From the NCBI GenBank assembly GCA_040756235.1, contig JBFLZG010000138.1, positions 1 through 61,114 on the forward strand: a stretch of 61,114 nt of DNA, given 5' to 3'. This document shows, piece after piece, positions 47,689-58,326 of this stretch. Position 1 is the stretch's first letter. The number at the start of each line of letters is the position of its first letter. The DNA comes from a bacterium. Its GTDB lineage: Bacteria > Desulfobacterota > DSWW01. The notes under the pieces were generated by a model. It was not told the DNA's origin and ran no database searches. It was given only the letters and a program-made list of their open reading frames with translations. A program made the position numbers and the translations under genes.

Positions 47689-48289
47689 CGTCCCGGAGGT
47701 CCTCATCGATCTCGGAAAGCGTGCGCCGGATCTCGCGCCACAAAGCGTCCTTGCCGAGCCCGGTTCGGGAAGAGAACAGGATCGGACTCACGTCCTCGCG
47801 CAAAACTTCGCGGATGGCAGCCAGCCGCCGCATCCTCTGGCCATGGGGAAGCTTGTCCGCCTTGGTGCAGACTGCGATGCAGCGGGCGTTCTGGCCGCGC
47901 AGCCACTCCCACAGCATCCAGTCCCTCTCGGAGATCTCCCGCCGGATGTCGAGGATCCACACGACCGCCGCGAGCCGCTCCCTGCCTCTGAAGTAGGACT
48001 CGATCAGCGATTTCCACCGCTCCTGGAGATCCCGGGAGACGGCCGCATATCCGTACCCCGGAAGGTCCACGAACCGGAACCGGTCATTGAGCCTGAAAAA
48101 GTCGATCGTCCTCGTCTTGCCCGGAGTGGAGCTGACCTTCACCAGCCCCTTGCGGTTGACGAGCGCGTTGATCAGCGATGACTTGCCTACGTTGGAGCGG
48201 CCGCAAAAGGCGACCTCAGGCACGGACAGGCGCGGGAACTCCTTCGGACTGCGGCAGCGCTTCTCTAACTGAATCGATCGGACTTGCAT
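47675..48289 (-). CDS. engB: Ribosome biogenesis GTPase EngB/YihA
   Basis: GRSNVGKSS, PGKT, DLPGYG and TKADK. Confidence 0.93.
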   Translation of the reverse strand: MQVRSIQLEKRCRSPKEFPRLSVPEVAFCGRSNVGKSSLINALVNRKGLVKVSSTPGKTRTIDFFRLNDRFRFVDLPGYGYAAVSRDLQERWKSLIESYFRGRERLAAVVWILDIRREISERDWMLWEWLRGQNARCIAVCTKADKLPHGQRMRRLAAIREVLREDVSPILFSSRTGLGKDALWREIRRTLSEIDEDLRDDDKT

Positions 48290-48357
48290 GGTCCGGCACT
48301 CGTAGCACTTCCTCTGCTGCAGAAGAGGAGACCTCTCGCGGAGACCCTGTAAATGCT

Positions 48358-49512
48358 TCAGGGATCGCGGGCCTCCACGAATTTCCGGATTCTCTCCAGC
48401 GCCTCCTCGATGTTCTCCTGCGAATTGGCGTAGGTGAACCGGAGATACCCCTCGGCATTGCTGCCGAAGTCGATGCCGGGGGTGGTCCCCACCCCAGCGT
48501 GCTCCAGGAGCTCGAGGGCGAGCTTCTTCGAATCGGCACCATACTTTCTCGCGTTGGCCAGGACGTAAAAGGCGCCGGTCGGCTCCGCCGAGATGCCGAA
48601 GCCGAGCTTTCGAAGACCCTGGACGATGAGCCTCCGCCTGCCGTCGTAAACCCGGCGCATGTTCTCGACCTCTGTCCTGGCCAGGCGCAGAGCAGCCAGG
48701 GCGGCGTCCTGCACGAAGGAGCTCGCCGAGATGAAGAAGTTCTGGTGGAGGGTCTGCAGGGCTCTCATGTAGGCTGAAGGCGCAATGACGTACCCGAGTC
48801 GCCACCCGGTCATGGCGTACAGTTTGGAAAAGCCGTTGAGCACGAAGGCCCGGTCCTGGTACTGCAGGACGCTGTGCGCCTCTCCCTCGTAAACCAGGCC
48901 GTGGTAGATCTCGTCCGAGATGACCGTGACGTCCATGGAGCCGACCGCTTGCAGCACTTCGGGAGGGATCACGGTTCCGGACGGGTTCGAGGGTGAGTTG
49001 ACCACGATCGCCCGGACCCTTCCGGCTACGGCAGCCTGAACGTCTCGAGTGGTGTACTGAAACCCGTCCTCCTCCCGGACCGGAATCCACTTCACCCTTG
49101 CCCCCGTAAACCGGATGAAATTGGGGTAGCAGGGGTAATGAGGGTTCGAGACGAGGAATGCATCGTCCCGATGGGCCAGGACCGAGAAGGTCAGGAGCAT
49201 GGCCGGGCTCGTTCCGCACGTAACGAGGATCCGGTCCGGGGAGATCGAGACGCCATAGTTCCGCTCATACTCCCGGCAGATTTCCTCGCGCAGCTCAAGC
49301 AGACCCAGGCTGTGGGTGTACCGCGGCCGGGAATCGCGAAGCGCTCGAATGCAGGCCTCTTTGATGCATGCCGGCGTATCGAAATCCGGCTCGCCGATCT
49401 CGAGGTGAATGATTCTTTGCCCACGAGCCTCCAGCTGCTGGGCTCTCTCCATGATCTCCATGGCCAGAAACGGCTTGAGAGCCGAAATGTGGGCCGGGAT
49501 CCGTTCCCTCAC
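48358..49512 (-). CDS. Class I/II PLP aminotransferase
   Basis: GEPDF, NSPSNPSG, SDEIY and SKLYAMTGWRLG. Confidence 0.9.
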   Translation of the reverse strand: MRERIPAHISALKPFLAMEIMERAQQLEARGQRIIHLEIGEPDFDTPACIKEACIRALRDSRPRYTHSLGLLELREEICREYERNYGVSISPDRILVTCGTSPAMLLTFSVLAHRDDAFLVSNPHYPCYPNFIRFTGARVKWIPVREEDGFQYTTRDVQAAVAGRVRAIVVNSPSNPSGTVIPPEVLQAVGSMDVTVISDEIYHGLVYEGEAHSVLQYQDRAFVLNGFSKLYAMTGWRLGYVIAPSAYMRALQTLHQNFFISASSFVQDAALAALRLARTEVENMRRVYDGRRRLIVQGLRKLGFGISAEPTGAFYVLANARKYGADSKKLALELLEHAGVGTTPGIDFGSNAEGYLRFTYANSQENIEEALERIRKFVEARDP

Positions 49513-50072
49513 GCGACCTTCTCCTCAGCGATGCACAAATGACGGACGGTGGAGCATGCTCCTCCCGGAAGCCGAGAGCGCGAGCCCGGGTGATGCATAC
49601 CCGTGCCGTCCACCGGGGCGGACTTCACCGTTCGCGCCCCACGGAGGCGTGCCCGGCGGTCCGACCCATGAGACCGGTCCGTGGATCTGTTGCTCATCAG
49701 CCTTGCCTGACACGTGCGATCGGGGTCCGATTCCAACACCCCCTCTTTGCCTTGCCGCTCGCATGTCCCCGCAAGGGGTTCCGGCTCTCTGCAGCGATCG
49801 AGTCCTCTCCTTGCCTGGGTGTCTTCCGGCGGGAGGTTCTCTGGGGGAGAGACAAGAGGGGATGGACCATCTTTCATAACACAAAAGGGCCGACGAGTAA
49901 ATTCGCTCTCTCCTGCGCACGGGCCTCACATGCCTCCAGGATGGAACCGTGGTCGAGCATCCGGCACGGGCCCGCCCCCTTCCTCCTGGAACGAACGTGC
50001 AAGTGGTCCCGGATGCTTGACAACTTCCGGCGACTTCCAAACAATCCCGGAGAAACTCGCTTGCGAGGCTCC

Positions 50073-50921
50073 ATGCACCCCATTCTTTTCGTTCTTCCGC
50101 TTCCTTTCTCCGACGTCAAGATACTGATCTATTCCGTCTTCTTCGCCATTACGGTCTCACTTGTACTGGGCATTTGTCTGGGAACACAGGCGGCCCAGAA
50201 AAGAGGGCTTCCCGTCGACATAGCCCTGAACATGACGTTTGTCGGCTTGATCACCCTGATCGTAGGGGCAAGGGTCTATGCGTTCCTCGAGAATCCGTCC
50301 TTCTATCTCGCTCACCCGGTCCGTATGATCAAACTCTGGGAGGGCAGTCTTGCCACGTACGGCGGAGCCATCGGCGGGATGCTCGGCTGCGTCGGCTACC
50401 TCTTCTGCAGGAGGCAGGCGGTCCTGCCGTTCCTGGACACCTATGCACCGTATGGCTTCCTGGGGCTCGGACTCATCCGGGTCGGCGACTTCCTGAACGG
50501 TACCGCCTTCGGCCGACCTGCGGAGATCTCCTGGGCCGTCGCGTTTCCCAAGGGGAGCTTCGCCTACAACTATCAGCTTCATCAAGGCTTGATCAGAGCC
50601 GATGCCGCAGCCTCGCTGCCGGTCCACCCGACACAGCTCTACGAAGCCTCGGTCTGCTTTCTGATATTCGTGCTGCTCCTGGCCTTTTCCGGCTTTATGG
50701 CGCGTAGAGCGGCGGGAGCAGGGTTCATGCTGGGGGCCCTGGTCTACGTGGCGTCCAGGTTCTGGATCGATTGCTTCCGGCAGGATCTCCAGAAGGATCT
50801 GCCCTTCGGCCTGGCCTCCACCCAGTGGGTAGGGGCCGTCCTGTTTATCGTTTTGCTTGTCTGCGTCTTCTTTATGAAGAAGAGCCCCGGCCTCGCCAAG
50901 CCGCCGCCGGCTCAGGGTTAG
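50073..50921 (+). CDS. lgt: Prolipoprotein diacylglyceryl transferase family protein
   Basis: MHPILF, VGAR, YGG, RVGDFLNG and HPTQLYE. Confidence 0.8.
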   Translation: MHPILFVLPLPFSDVKILIYSVFFAITVSLVLGICLGTQAAQKRGLPVDIALNMTFVGLITLIVGARVYAFLENPSFYLAHPVRMIKLWEGSLATYGGAIGGMLGCVGYLFCRRQAVLPFLDTYAPYGFLGLGLIRVGDFLNGTAFGRPAEISWAVAFPKGSFAYNYQLHQGLIRADAAASLPVHPTQLYEASVCFLIFVLLLAFSGFMARRAAGAGFMLGALVYVASRFWIDCFRQDLQKDLPFGLASTQWVGAVLFIVLLVCVFFMKKSPGLAKPPPAQG

Positions 50922-51056
50922 GCCCCATACCGACAGACTCGACTTCTGCGGCCGGTCAAAGATGCGCGCAAGCCGTCCGGGCGCCAACGGCCTCGGAGGG
51001 AGGCAGCCATTGCTCTGGGAGCAAGCGTCGAGTGGGATGGACAGGCGGGAGGGGGA

Positions 51057-51701
51057 TCAAGACGGATCGTAGACGATCACCTCCACCCCTGGGTCGCAGA
51101 TCAGATCGCGCAGCACTTCCTCTTTTTCGAGCAGGATCGGCTTCCCGTGCAAGCCCGGGAAGTAGAGGTTCACCCATTTGATCGCCGCACGCACAATATC
51201 CTGCGGCGTGAGGCGCGCTCTGCGGAGCAGCACGTCCTTGGACGAAGGCACGATGCTTTCCCCGTAAAACTGGGATCGTTCCCGTACGTAGACCACGGTG
51301 TAGATCGTAAAAGCAAAAGGGTATCTGTCCTCGACCTTGACGAAGACATCCCCCCACTGGCACTCAGAAGAGAACCGCCTCCTCGCCCCTGAGGAAATCC
51401 GCTGAATCTCGGGACTGAAAAGCACCAGCTCATCGAGCTTGGAAAAGCTGGCGACCCGTTCCTTTTCGCGCTCTTCGTTCGGCATCCAGGCATCCGCGCC
51501 GCGGCTGCGCGAGAACTCCTCAATGATTTGAGCGATCTCCTTCTCGGCCGCAGCGCTCACCCCCGAGACCGCGATGGGCGCTCTGCCAGGAACGAGGGGC
51601 CAGTAGGGATCTCTTGCGAGTTGTCTAGCACACTCACGGGAAATTGCCTCAGACTCTCTTTTCCCGGCGGCGGGGAAAGGAACGATGATCCCCATTCCCA
51701 T
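51057..51701 (-). CDS. Hypothetical protein
   Basis: Long ORF with globular-looking composition and a GAGAGGA RBS; no family recognised. Confidence 0.6.
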   Translation of the reverse strand: MGMGIIVPFPAAGKRESEAISRECARQLARDPYWPLVPGRAPIAVSGVSAAAEKEIAQIIEEFSRSRGADAWMPNEEREKERVASFSKLDELVLFSPEIQRISSGARRRFSSECQWGDVFVKVEDRYPFAFTIYTVVYVRERSQFYGESIVPSSKDVLLRRARLTPQDIVRAAIKWVNLYFPGLHGKPILLEKEEVLRDLICDPGVEVIVYDPS

Positions 51702-52177
51702 TCCTCTCAATCTCGTGGATGGAGAAAAACTCTGCCGACGTTTGGAAACAAATTTCCCTGAGAGATATCAGGGCAACGCAGGGAGTGGAAAGGCGGACCT
51801 ATCGGTCGACAGGAGGGCAGGTTGCTCGAGGCTCGCACTAACATGTTGTTCCGAGTAAGCTTTCGTTCCGGTGGCCGGTCACGCTTCGAAAAGCGTCCCA
51901 ACTGCGACAGCTCCGTGAGGGGTGGGGAGCCGTCGGGCTTTGCTCCTCACCCTTAGCACCCTTCATGCCAACCACAGGATCTTCCGCGGGGCCGAACAGG
52001 GCGACGCCGGCGGGACGCACGCTCTGCCCGATACGCCCTCCGCTTGAGGGCCGCGGCCGCTGTGGTAGAATGACCGCTTGCCTGCTGACGCCAGGCTGTG
52101 TGGACGATGTCCGGCGGGATGCCCCGGCAGAGATTATGAATGTGCGGCCGCCCCATGACAAACTCGGAGGGTTCCTC

Positions 52178-53218
52178 TTGAAGAAACCGATGACTTACAA
52201 AGACGCGGGTGTGGACATCGACGCCGCAGATCAACTCGTCCAACACATCCGCCCCCTGGCCAGATCCACCTTCCGAAAAGAGGTTCTGACCGAGATCGGC
52301 GGCTTCGGGAGCGCGGTGGCGATCGATCGAGATCGGTTCCCGGACCCGTTGCTCGTGGCCTCCACGGACGGCGTCGGCACCAAGCTGCGCATCGCCTTCG
52401 AGCTCGACCGGCACGACACCATCGGGATCGATCTTGTGGCGATGTCCGCGAACGACGTCCTCGTCATGGGAGCGGAACCTCTCTTCTTCCTCGATTACTT
52501 CGCCACCGGCAAGTTGAAGCCGGACGTTGCCAGGAGGGTGCTCTCCGGAATTGCCGAGGGGTGCCGCATGGCGGGCTGTGCTCTGGTCGGAGGCGAGACC
52601 GCTGAAATGCCATCGTTCTATGGAGAAGGCGAGTACGAGCTGGCCGGCTTCTGCGTCGGGCTCGTCAACCGCGACCGTGTAATTGATGGCAAGAGCATCC
52701 GCCCCGGAGACAAGCTGCTCGGCTTGGCCTCGAGCGGTCTGCACAGCAACGGATATTCGCTGGTCCGCAAGCTGTTCTCTGCCGAAAGAGGGTATTCTCT
52801 GGACAAGCCGGTCCCGGGGGGCGGGATTTCGCTGGGTGAAGAGCTCCTCAGGCCGACCCGGATCTACGTGAGATCGGTCCTGGCTCTGCTGAGCCGGATT
52901 CCCGTTCACGGTCTTGTTCACATAACGGGAGGCGGCTTCATCGAAAACATCCCAAGAATCCTGCCTCCCGGGATGCAGGCGGTCCTGCAGCTTGGCCGTT
53001 GGCCGGTCCCCGACGTGTTCCGGTGGATCGAGACCGAGGGAAAACTGCCCCTCGAGGAGATGTTGCGGACCTTCAATTACGGTATCGGCATGGTACTCGT
53101 GCTGCAGAGCGAGCACGCAGAGGAAGCCTTGCGGGTCCTGCGGGAGGCCGGGGAAGCGGTTTATCCGTTGGGAGACATTGCCCCTCGGGAACCGGGGCAG
53201 CCGCCGGTTGTCTGGTGA
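52178..53218 (+). CDS. purM: Phosphoribosylaminoimidazole synthetase
   Basis: YKDAGVD, TDGVGTK, GGETAEMP, HSNGYS and HITGGG. Confidence 0.95.
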   Translation: MKKPMTYKDAGVDIDAADQLVQHIRPLARSTFRKEVLTEIGGFGSAVAIDRDRFPDPLLVASTDGVGTKLRIAFELDRHDTIGIDLVAMSANDVLVMGAEPLFFLDYFATGKLKPDVARRVLSGIAEGCRMAGCALVGGETAEMPSFYGEGEYELAGFCVGLVNRDRVIDGKSIRPGDKLLGLASSGLHSNGYSLVRKLFSAERGYSLDKPVPGGGISLGEELLRPTRIYVRSVLALLSRIPVHGLVHITGGGFIENIPRILPPGMQAVLQLGRWPVPDVFRWIETEGKLPLEEMLRTFNYGIGMVLVLQSEHAEEALRVLREAGEAVYPLGDIAPREPGQPPVVW

Positions 53219-53320
53219 GCGCCGGGACGAAGGGCGTGGATGAGGCGAGCCGGCGGAAGGGGCGCGCGACCCCGAGAACGTCATTTCACCGCGGCAGGTC
53301 GCAGGCGGCAAGGTGCCGGG

Positions 53321-53349
53321 TGGACAAGTCACGAGGTCTCATGTATTCT
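53321..53349 (+). promoter_or_regulatory. Sigma70-type promoter for rpmB
   Basis: TGGACA-N17-TATTCT. Confidence 0.45.
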
Positions 53350-53455
53350 TTTTTAGTTGGGGCGGCGTTCGAGGGGAAATGGGTCGGAGCCGGCCTGGAC
53401 GACCGCACGTGTGCAACAGGCGAGTCGCCGGCGCAGCAAGAGAAGAGGAAGTCTC

Positions 53456-53647
53456 ATGGCAAGAATCTGTTCCGTATGTGGGAAGCGGCCCACCGTTGGA
53501 CACAACGTCAGCCACGCCAATCGGAAAACCAAGAGGCTCTGGCGGCCCAATCTCCAGAAGATTCGGATCCTGGAGCAGGGGAGAGTCTGTACGAGGAACG
53601 TCTGCACCCAGTGCATCCACAGCGGCAAAGTCGAGAAGGCAGTCTGA
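53456..53647 (+). CDS. rpmB: 50S ribosomal protein L28 (Cys-containing form)
   Basis: [22 protein letters not shown] and CTQC. Confidence 0.95.
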   Translation: MARICSVCGKRPTVGHNVSHANRKTKRLWRPNLQKIRILEQGRVCTRNVCTQCIHSGKVEKAV

Positions 53648-53693
53648 AACCCACGTGAGGCGGCAGGCCCGCCGGGTCCGGACCGTTGCTCCT

Positions 53694-55844
53694 TCAGTGC
53701 ACCAGCCGTTCCACCGAGATCACCCCCTTGACCTTCTCCACCGAACGAATCACCAGATTGAGATGGTCGAGGTTCTTGACCATCACCTCGAAATGAGCGA
53801 GCCCCTGGTGCGCCTCCGTGGTCCACACCTTCGCGTTGGCGATGTTCACGTCGGTTTCGGCGATCGCCTTGCTGATGCCGGCGAGTAGGCCCGGCCAGTC
53901 CTGACTGACCACACGGATCTTCGCCTTGTGCAGGATCGCGGTCTCCGCCTCCCATTGCACTTCAATCCATCTCTGCGGGTCGGCTTCCCGGATCTTGGGG
54001 CAGCTCGTCGCATGGATGGTCACGCCGCGGCCTCTGGTGATGAATCCGACGATCTCCTCCCCATGGAGCGGGTTGCAGCATCTTGCGAACCGGATCAGGA
54101 CGTCCGGAACGCCCCTCACCCGCACGCCGCTCTCGGATCGCTTCTCCACGCGCTCCATGAGCTTCCCGAGATCCTTCTCCCATTCCTTCCCATCCTTTTC
54201 GGGAGCCCGATTGCCGGGCAGGGATTCGATGATCTGGCTCACGGGGATCTTGCCGTAGGCCACCGCCCGGAGCAGGTCCTCCGTGCTGCGGAGCTGGAAC
54301 TTCTTCAGCACCGCTTTGAAGTCACCGTCCTGGAGCAGCTTGGCATACTGAAATCCGGCCTTGCGAAAGCTCTTCTCCAGGATCTCCTTGCCGAGCACTT
54401 CCGCCCTGTCCCTCTCCTCCTGCCGAAACCAGGAGCGGATCTTCGAGCGCGCTTCGGCCGTCTTGACGATCTTGAGCCAGTCCTTCTTGGGCGTCTGGCC
54501 CTTTGAAGTCAGGATCTCGATGATGTCCCCGTTCTGAAGCTCATATCGCAGCGGGACGATCTTCCCGTTCACCTTGGCGCCGGTACAGTGGTGACCGACT
54601 TCGGTGTGGATCTGGAAGGCGAAGTCGATCGGCGTCGCCCCCCGGATCAGCTCCCGCACCTCCCCTTTCGGGGTGAACACGTAGACCTCTTCGGGGAACA
54701 GATCCAGCTGCACGGCATCGAGGAAATCCTTCGACCGGGAGAGCTCCTGAACGGTCGACAGGTAGCGCCGGAGCCATTGGAATTTCTCCTCGTCCTTCTT
54801 GTCGAAGCCCGCCTTCTCCTTATACATCCAGTGGGCAGCCACTCCCTGCTCGGCTTCCAGGTGCATCTCTCGGCTGCGGACCTGGATCTCGACCGCGTCC
54901 CCCGTGGGCCCGATCACGGTCGTGTGGAGGGAGCGGTACTGATTCCCCTTGGGCTTGGCGATGTAGTCCTTGAACCGGCCCGGCACGGGCGCCCACAGAG
55001 CGTGGATGACGCCGAGCACTTGGTAGCAGTGCTTGTACTCCGGAACGATCACCCGCACGGCCAACAGATCGTACACCTGGTCCAGATCGGTCTCTTGCCG
55101 GAGCATCTTCCGATAGATGCTGTAATAATGCTTGACCCGGCCCGAGATCTCCGCCGTGATCCCCTCGGTCTCCAGGTGGGAACGGAGGATCTCGGAGACC
55201 TGCTCGATCCCCCTGGTCTTCGCCTCGACCCGCTCGTCCACCCGGTTCTGGATTTCCGTGTAGGTTTCGGGTTTCAAATGCTGAAACGCAAGGTCCTCGA
55301 GCTCAGCTCGCATCCAGTAGATGCCGAGCCGGTTGGCCAGCGGGGCGTAGACGGCCAGCGTCTCCTGCGCGACCCGCGTCCGCTGCTCCTCCGTCAGGTC
55401 CTGCAGGCTGCGGACATTGTCTAACCGATCAGCAAGCCGAATCAGCAGGATCCGGACATCTCCGCTCATGGCCACGAGCATCTTGCGGTAGCTTTCCAGC
55501 TTTCGTTCGCTCTTGCTCTGGAGGCTCAGCCTCGCGGTCCTGGACAAGCCGGCGACGAGCTGCGCCACCTCCTCGCCGAAGAAGGACCTCAGCGTCTCCT
55601 CGCTGACCGTGTTGTCCTCCAGCACATCATGCAAGAGACCCCCGCACAGAGCCGGGATATCCATCTTCAGATCGGTCAGGATCTTGGTCACGGCCAGCGG
55701 ATGGCTCAGGTAAGGGATGCCGCCCTTGCGAAGCTGCCCCTTGTGCGTCATCGCGGCAAAGACATAGGCCTTGCGCAGCAGGGCCGTATCGGCCCCCGGC
55801 ATATAGGACTTGACCGCTTCCTGTATGTCCTGATACCTGACCAT
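53694..55844 (-). CDS. rel: Bifunctional (p)ppGpp synthetase/hydrolase
   Basis: HD motif LHDVLED, RFKDY, YRSLHT, EIQVR, plus TGS, ZFD and ACT domains. Confidence 0.93.
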   Translation of the reverse strand: MVRYQDIQEAVKSYMPGADTALLRKAYVFAAMTHKGQLRKGGIPYLSHPLAVTKILTDLKMDIPALCGGLLHDVLEDNTVSEETLRSFFGEEVAQLVAGLSRTARLSLQSKSERKLESYRKMLVAMSGDVRILLIRLADRLDNVRSLQDLTEEQRTRVAQETLAVYAPLANRLGIYWMRAELEDLAFQHLKPETYTEIQNRVDERVEAKTRGIEQVSEILRSHLETEGITAEISGRVKHYYSIYRKMLRQETDLDQVYDLLAVRVIVPEYKHCYQVLGVIHALWAPVPGRFKDYIAKPKGNQYRSLHTTVIGPTGDAVEIQVRSREMHLEAEQGVAAHWMYKEKAGFDKKDEEKFQWLRRYLSTVQELSRSKDFLDAVQLDLFPEEVYVFTPKGEVRELIRGATPIDFAFQIHTEVGHHCTGAKVNGKIVPLRYELQNGDIIEILTSKGQTPKKDWLKIVKTAEARSKIRSWFRQEERDRAEVLGKEILEKSFRKAGFQYAKLLQDGDFKAVLKKFQLRSTEDLLRAVAYGKIPVSQIIESLPGNRAPEKDGKEWEKDLGKLMERVEKRSESGVRVRGVPDVLIRFARCCNPLHGEEIVGFITRGRGVTIHATSCPKIREADPQRWIEVQWEAETAILHKAKIRVVSQDWPGLLAGISKAIAETDVNIANAKVWTTEAHQGLAHFEVMVKNLDHLNLVIRSVEKVKGVISVERLVH

Positions 55845-55920
55845 TGGCCTTCTTCGTGCAGAAGGTTCTACAATTGCCTGCAACCGGCGGGGAGGGACAT
55901 CCGGAGAGGACCTGCATCCT

Positions 55921-56595
55921 TCATGAAGGGAGCTCCGAGAGACGGTCGAATTCCCGTGCCCATTTCTCGATCCAATGACCGGCCCTCAGATCCAGCCTGC
56001 ATCTTTCAGAAATCAAGATGGAGCGAAGGGCGTCGACGGCATCCGTGAATCTGTCATTGATCACGAGAAAATCGAATTCCGCGACCTGTCTGATCTCCCT
56101 GCGTGCGGTCTGCAGACGCATGGCGAGCTCCGCCCCCGAGACCGCCCCCCTCCTTTGGATGCGGCGGACGAGGTCTTCGAGAGAAGGGGTCATGATGAAG
56201 ATGAGCACGGCCCCTTCGATCTTCTTCTGAATCTGCTTCGCCCCGATGCAATCCACTTCGAACAGGAGGTCGCGCCCTCCGGATCGTCCTTCGAGGCTCT
56301 TCCACGAGCTTCCATACAGATGTCCGTGGACTTCCGCCCATTCCAGGAACTGCCCGACCCGAATCATCTCCTCAAAGGTGCCGCGGTCTACGAAATGGTA
56401 CTGGCGCCCGTTCTCCTCGCCCGGACGCGGGGCACGGGTCGTGTGCGAAACGCTTGCCTCCAGCCACGGAAGGTCGCGAATGACCTCCGCGCACAGGGTC
56501 GTCTTGCCCGCTCCGGACGGCCCTGACACCACGAAGACCCTCGGAGGACGCTCACTTTGGCCTCTCGACCCGATACCCGTTCGCTCTTTTGTCAA
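55921..56595 (-). CDS. gmk: Guanylate kinase
   Basis: SGPSGAGKTT, SHTTRAPR and FLEWAEVHG; TTG start overlaps the upstream stop. Confidence 0.93.
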   Translation of the reverse strand: MTKERTGIGSRGQSERPPRVFVVSGPSGAGKTTLCAEVIRDLPWLEASVSHTTRAPRPGEENGRQYHFVDRGTFEEMIRVGQFLEWAEVHGHLYGSSWKSLEGRSGGRDLLFEVDCIGAKQIQKKIEGAVLIFIMTPSLEDLVRRIQRRGAVSGAELAMRLQTARREIRQVAEFDFLVINDRFTDAVDALRSILISERCRLDLRAGHWIEKWAREFDRLSELPS

Positions 56596-56855
56596 TCCGA
56601 GACCTCCGCGGGCTGTGCCCCCAGACGCTGGGTCAGCGTATCCACCTGGATGGAGGAGAGGAAAAGATGCCCCGAATCGGTCAGCACAAGGGACCTGCAT
56701 TTCCGGCCGTGGGTGGCGTCCACCAGCCGCCCTTCCTTCTTGGTCTCTTCCTTGAAGCGGCGCATGGGGGAGGATCCGGGGATCAGAATGGCGACGATCC
56801 TAGATGCCAGAACCGTGTTGGAATGGCCGATGTTCAAGACGTCCTTCTTCCTCAT
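56592..56855 (-). CDS. DUF370/RemA family protein
   Basis: LNIGHSN, RIVAI, LVDATHGRK and LSSIQ; lies between yicC and gmk. Confidence 0.88.
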   Translation of the reverse strand: MRKKDVLNIGHSNTVLASRIVAILIPGSSPMRRFKEETKKEGRLVDATHGRKCRSLVLTDSGHLFLSSIQVDTLTQRLGAQPAEVSD

Positions 56856-56878
56856 CGCGGATCCTTCCGGCAAGCAGG

Positions 56879-57754
56879 TCACTGGAGGTTCTGAGCGTTC
56901 TCCCGGATCTTTTCCAGCTCGGTCTTCATGTCCACGACCGCATGGATGATATCGGTGTGCCCGGCTTTGGAGCCGATCGTGTTCACCTCTCTCAGGATCT
57001 CCTGGGTCAGAAACTCCAGCCGTTTGCCCGTGACACCTCCTCCTTCCAAATCCTTGCGGCACGCCTCGAGGTGACTGGAGAGGCGAACGATCTCCTCAGT
57101 AATATCCGCCTTGTCCGTGTAATATATGATTTCCTGAGCCAGGCGGCTTGCGTCCACTTGGTCGGTGTCGAAGACTTCACCGATCCGATTCTGCAACTTC
57201 TGTCGCAACTGCCCGGGGAGAGACCTGGCCTGTTCCCGGATCGCGGCCAGTCTGGCCCCGAGGAAGTCGATCCTCCCTTGCAGATCCGCGCGAATGGCAA
57301 CCCCCTCCTGATGCTGCATCGTCTCCAACTCCTGAACGGCCCGCGCAAGGGCCTGCTCCACCAGCGGCCATTCGTCCTCCGCTTTGGGGGTCTCTTCGCG
57401 CGCGACGAGAAGATCCCTGAGTCCGAGAACAGCGGGAATATCCAGGCTTCCGGGAAGCCCGAACTGCTCTCTGAGCCTCTTCTCCGCCTCGAGGTAAAAG
57501 CGCAGAACCGCTTCGTTCAGCACGAAAGGGGCCCCCTCTTCTTTCCCCTCCGTAAGCTGAACGGAGATCTCCACTCGACCTCGGACCAGGCGGTCGCGCG
57601 TCCATAGAAAGATCTTGGGCTCCAGGGACTGATAGACTCTGTGGACGCGCAACCGGATGTCCAGAAATCTATGGTTGTACGAGCGCGCCTCCACGTGGAT
57701 GTTGCCGTATCTTCCAACGACCTCGGCGGATCCGAACCCTGTCATGCTCCTCAT
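56879..57754 (-). CDS. yicC: YicC/YloC endoribonuclease
   Basis: SMTGFG, NHRFLD, DITEEIVRL and REVNTIGSK. Confidence 0.93.
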   Translation of the reverse strand: MRSMTGFGSAEVVGRYGNIHVEARSYNHRFLDIRLRVHRVYQSLEPKIFLWTRDRLVRGRVEISVQLTEGKEEGAPFVLNEAVLRFYLEAEKRLREQFGLPGSLDIPAVLGLRDLLVAREETPKAEDEWPLVEQALARAVQELETMQHQEGVAIRADLQGRIDFLGARLAAIREQARSLPGQLRQKLQNRIGEVFDTDQVDASRLAQEIIYYTDKADITEEIVRLSSHLEACRKDLEGGGVTGKRLEFLTQEILREVNTIGSKAGHTDIIHAVVDMKTELEKIRENAQNLQ

Positions 57755-58326
57755 AGGGGTCTCCTTGACAGGCCCAGCTTCTGCTGCAGTCGATAGCGAT
57801 CCCGAAGGGCGTTGACGATTGCCACCAAGCTCTCCGAGGAGTAGTCGGGATAGGTCCAGGGCAACGGCCGGTAGCTCTTGTTGTAGTAGGTCAGGGTCAG
57901 ATCGGCGTAGATCCCCATCCCGAGGTACGGTCTGTGGGCGCTGTTCTTGGTGGTAGCCAGCACGAGCTTATCGGGCAGCAACAGACCGGGGTCGATGTTC
58001 ACGCGGCGTCTTCCGTCCTCGGACGCAAAGCACGCCTCCACGGCCCTTGACGTATGCTTCAAGCCGGGCAGAGCTTCTTGCTCCTGGGTTTCTTCGAAGG
58101 TCGCGAATCTCCGCAGCAGCGGCGAACCCATCTCGCGTTGGTAGTAGGTGGTGTGCGTGAAAGGCAAGCGAGGGCTGAGGAACTCCAGGTCGCCCCAGTG
58201 TTGGACCAGGCGGTCCAGCACCGGGGCAAGCGCCAGCTTCTCCTCGTAGATCAGGCTGCAGAACAGCTTCGCCCTGGCAGGTGTTCGAAAATCATGCCCT
58301 CCGCCGTTCCATGGACCGGACATCAT
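57751..58326 (-). CDS. DUF4416 family protein
   Basis: FTHTTYY..EMG, RRVNIDPG, LATTKN and PWTYPDY. Confidence 0.8.
   Translation of the reverse strand: MMSGPWNGGGHDFRTPARAKLFCSLIYEEKLALAPVLDRLVQHWGDLEFLSPRLPFTHTTYYQREMGSPLLRRFATFEETQEQEALPGLKHTSRAVEACFASEDGRRRVNIDPGLLLPDKLVLATTKNSAHRPYLGMGIYADLTLTYYNKSYRPLPWTYPDYSSESLVAIVNALRDRYRLQQKLGLSRRPL

Noticed and set aside
52072..52177. ZTP or PRPP riboswitch in the purM leader
   Set aside because: I could not find the conserved cores of either class.
55410..55445. Rel hydrolase inactivation (IRLADRLDN versus the usual KLADRLHN)
   Set aside because: The HD, ED and D-R-x-x-N residues are retained, so there is no real evidence of loss.
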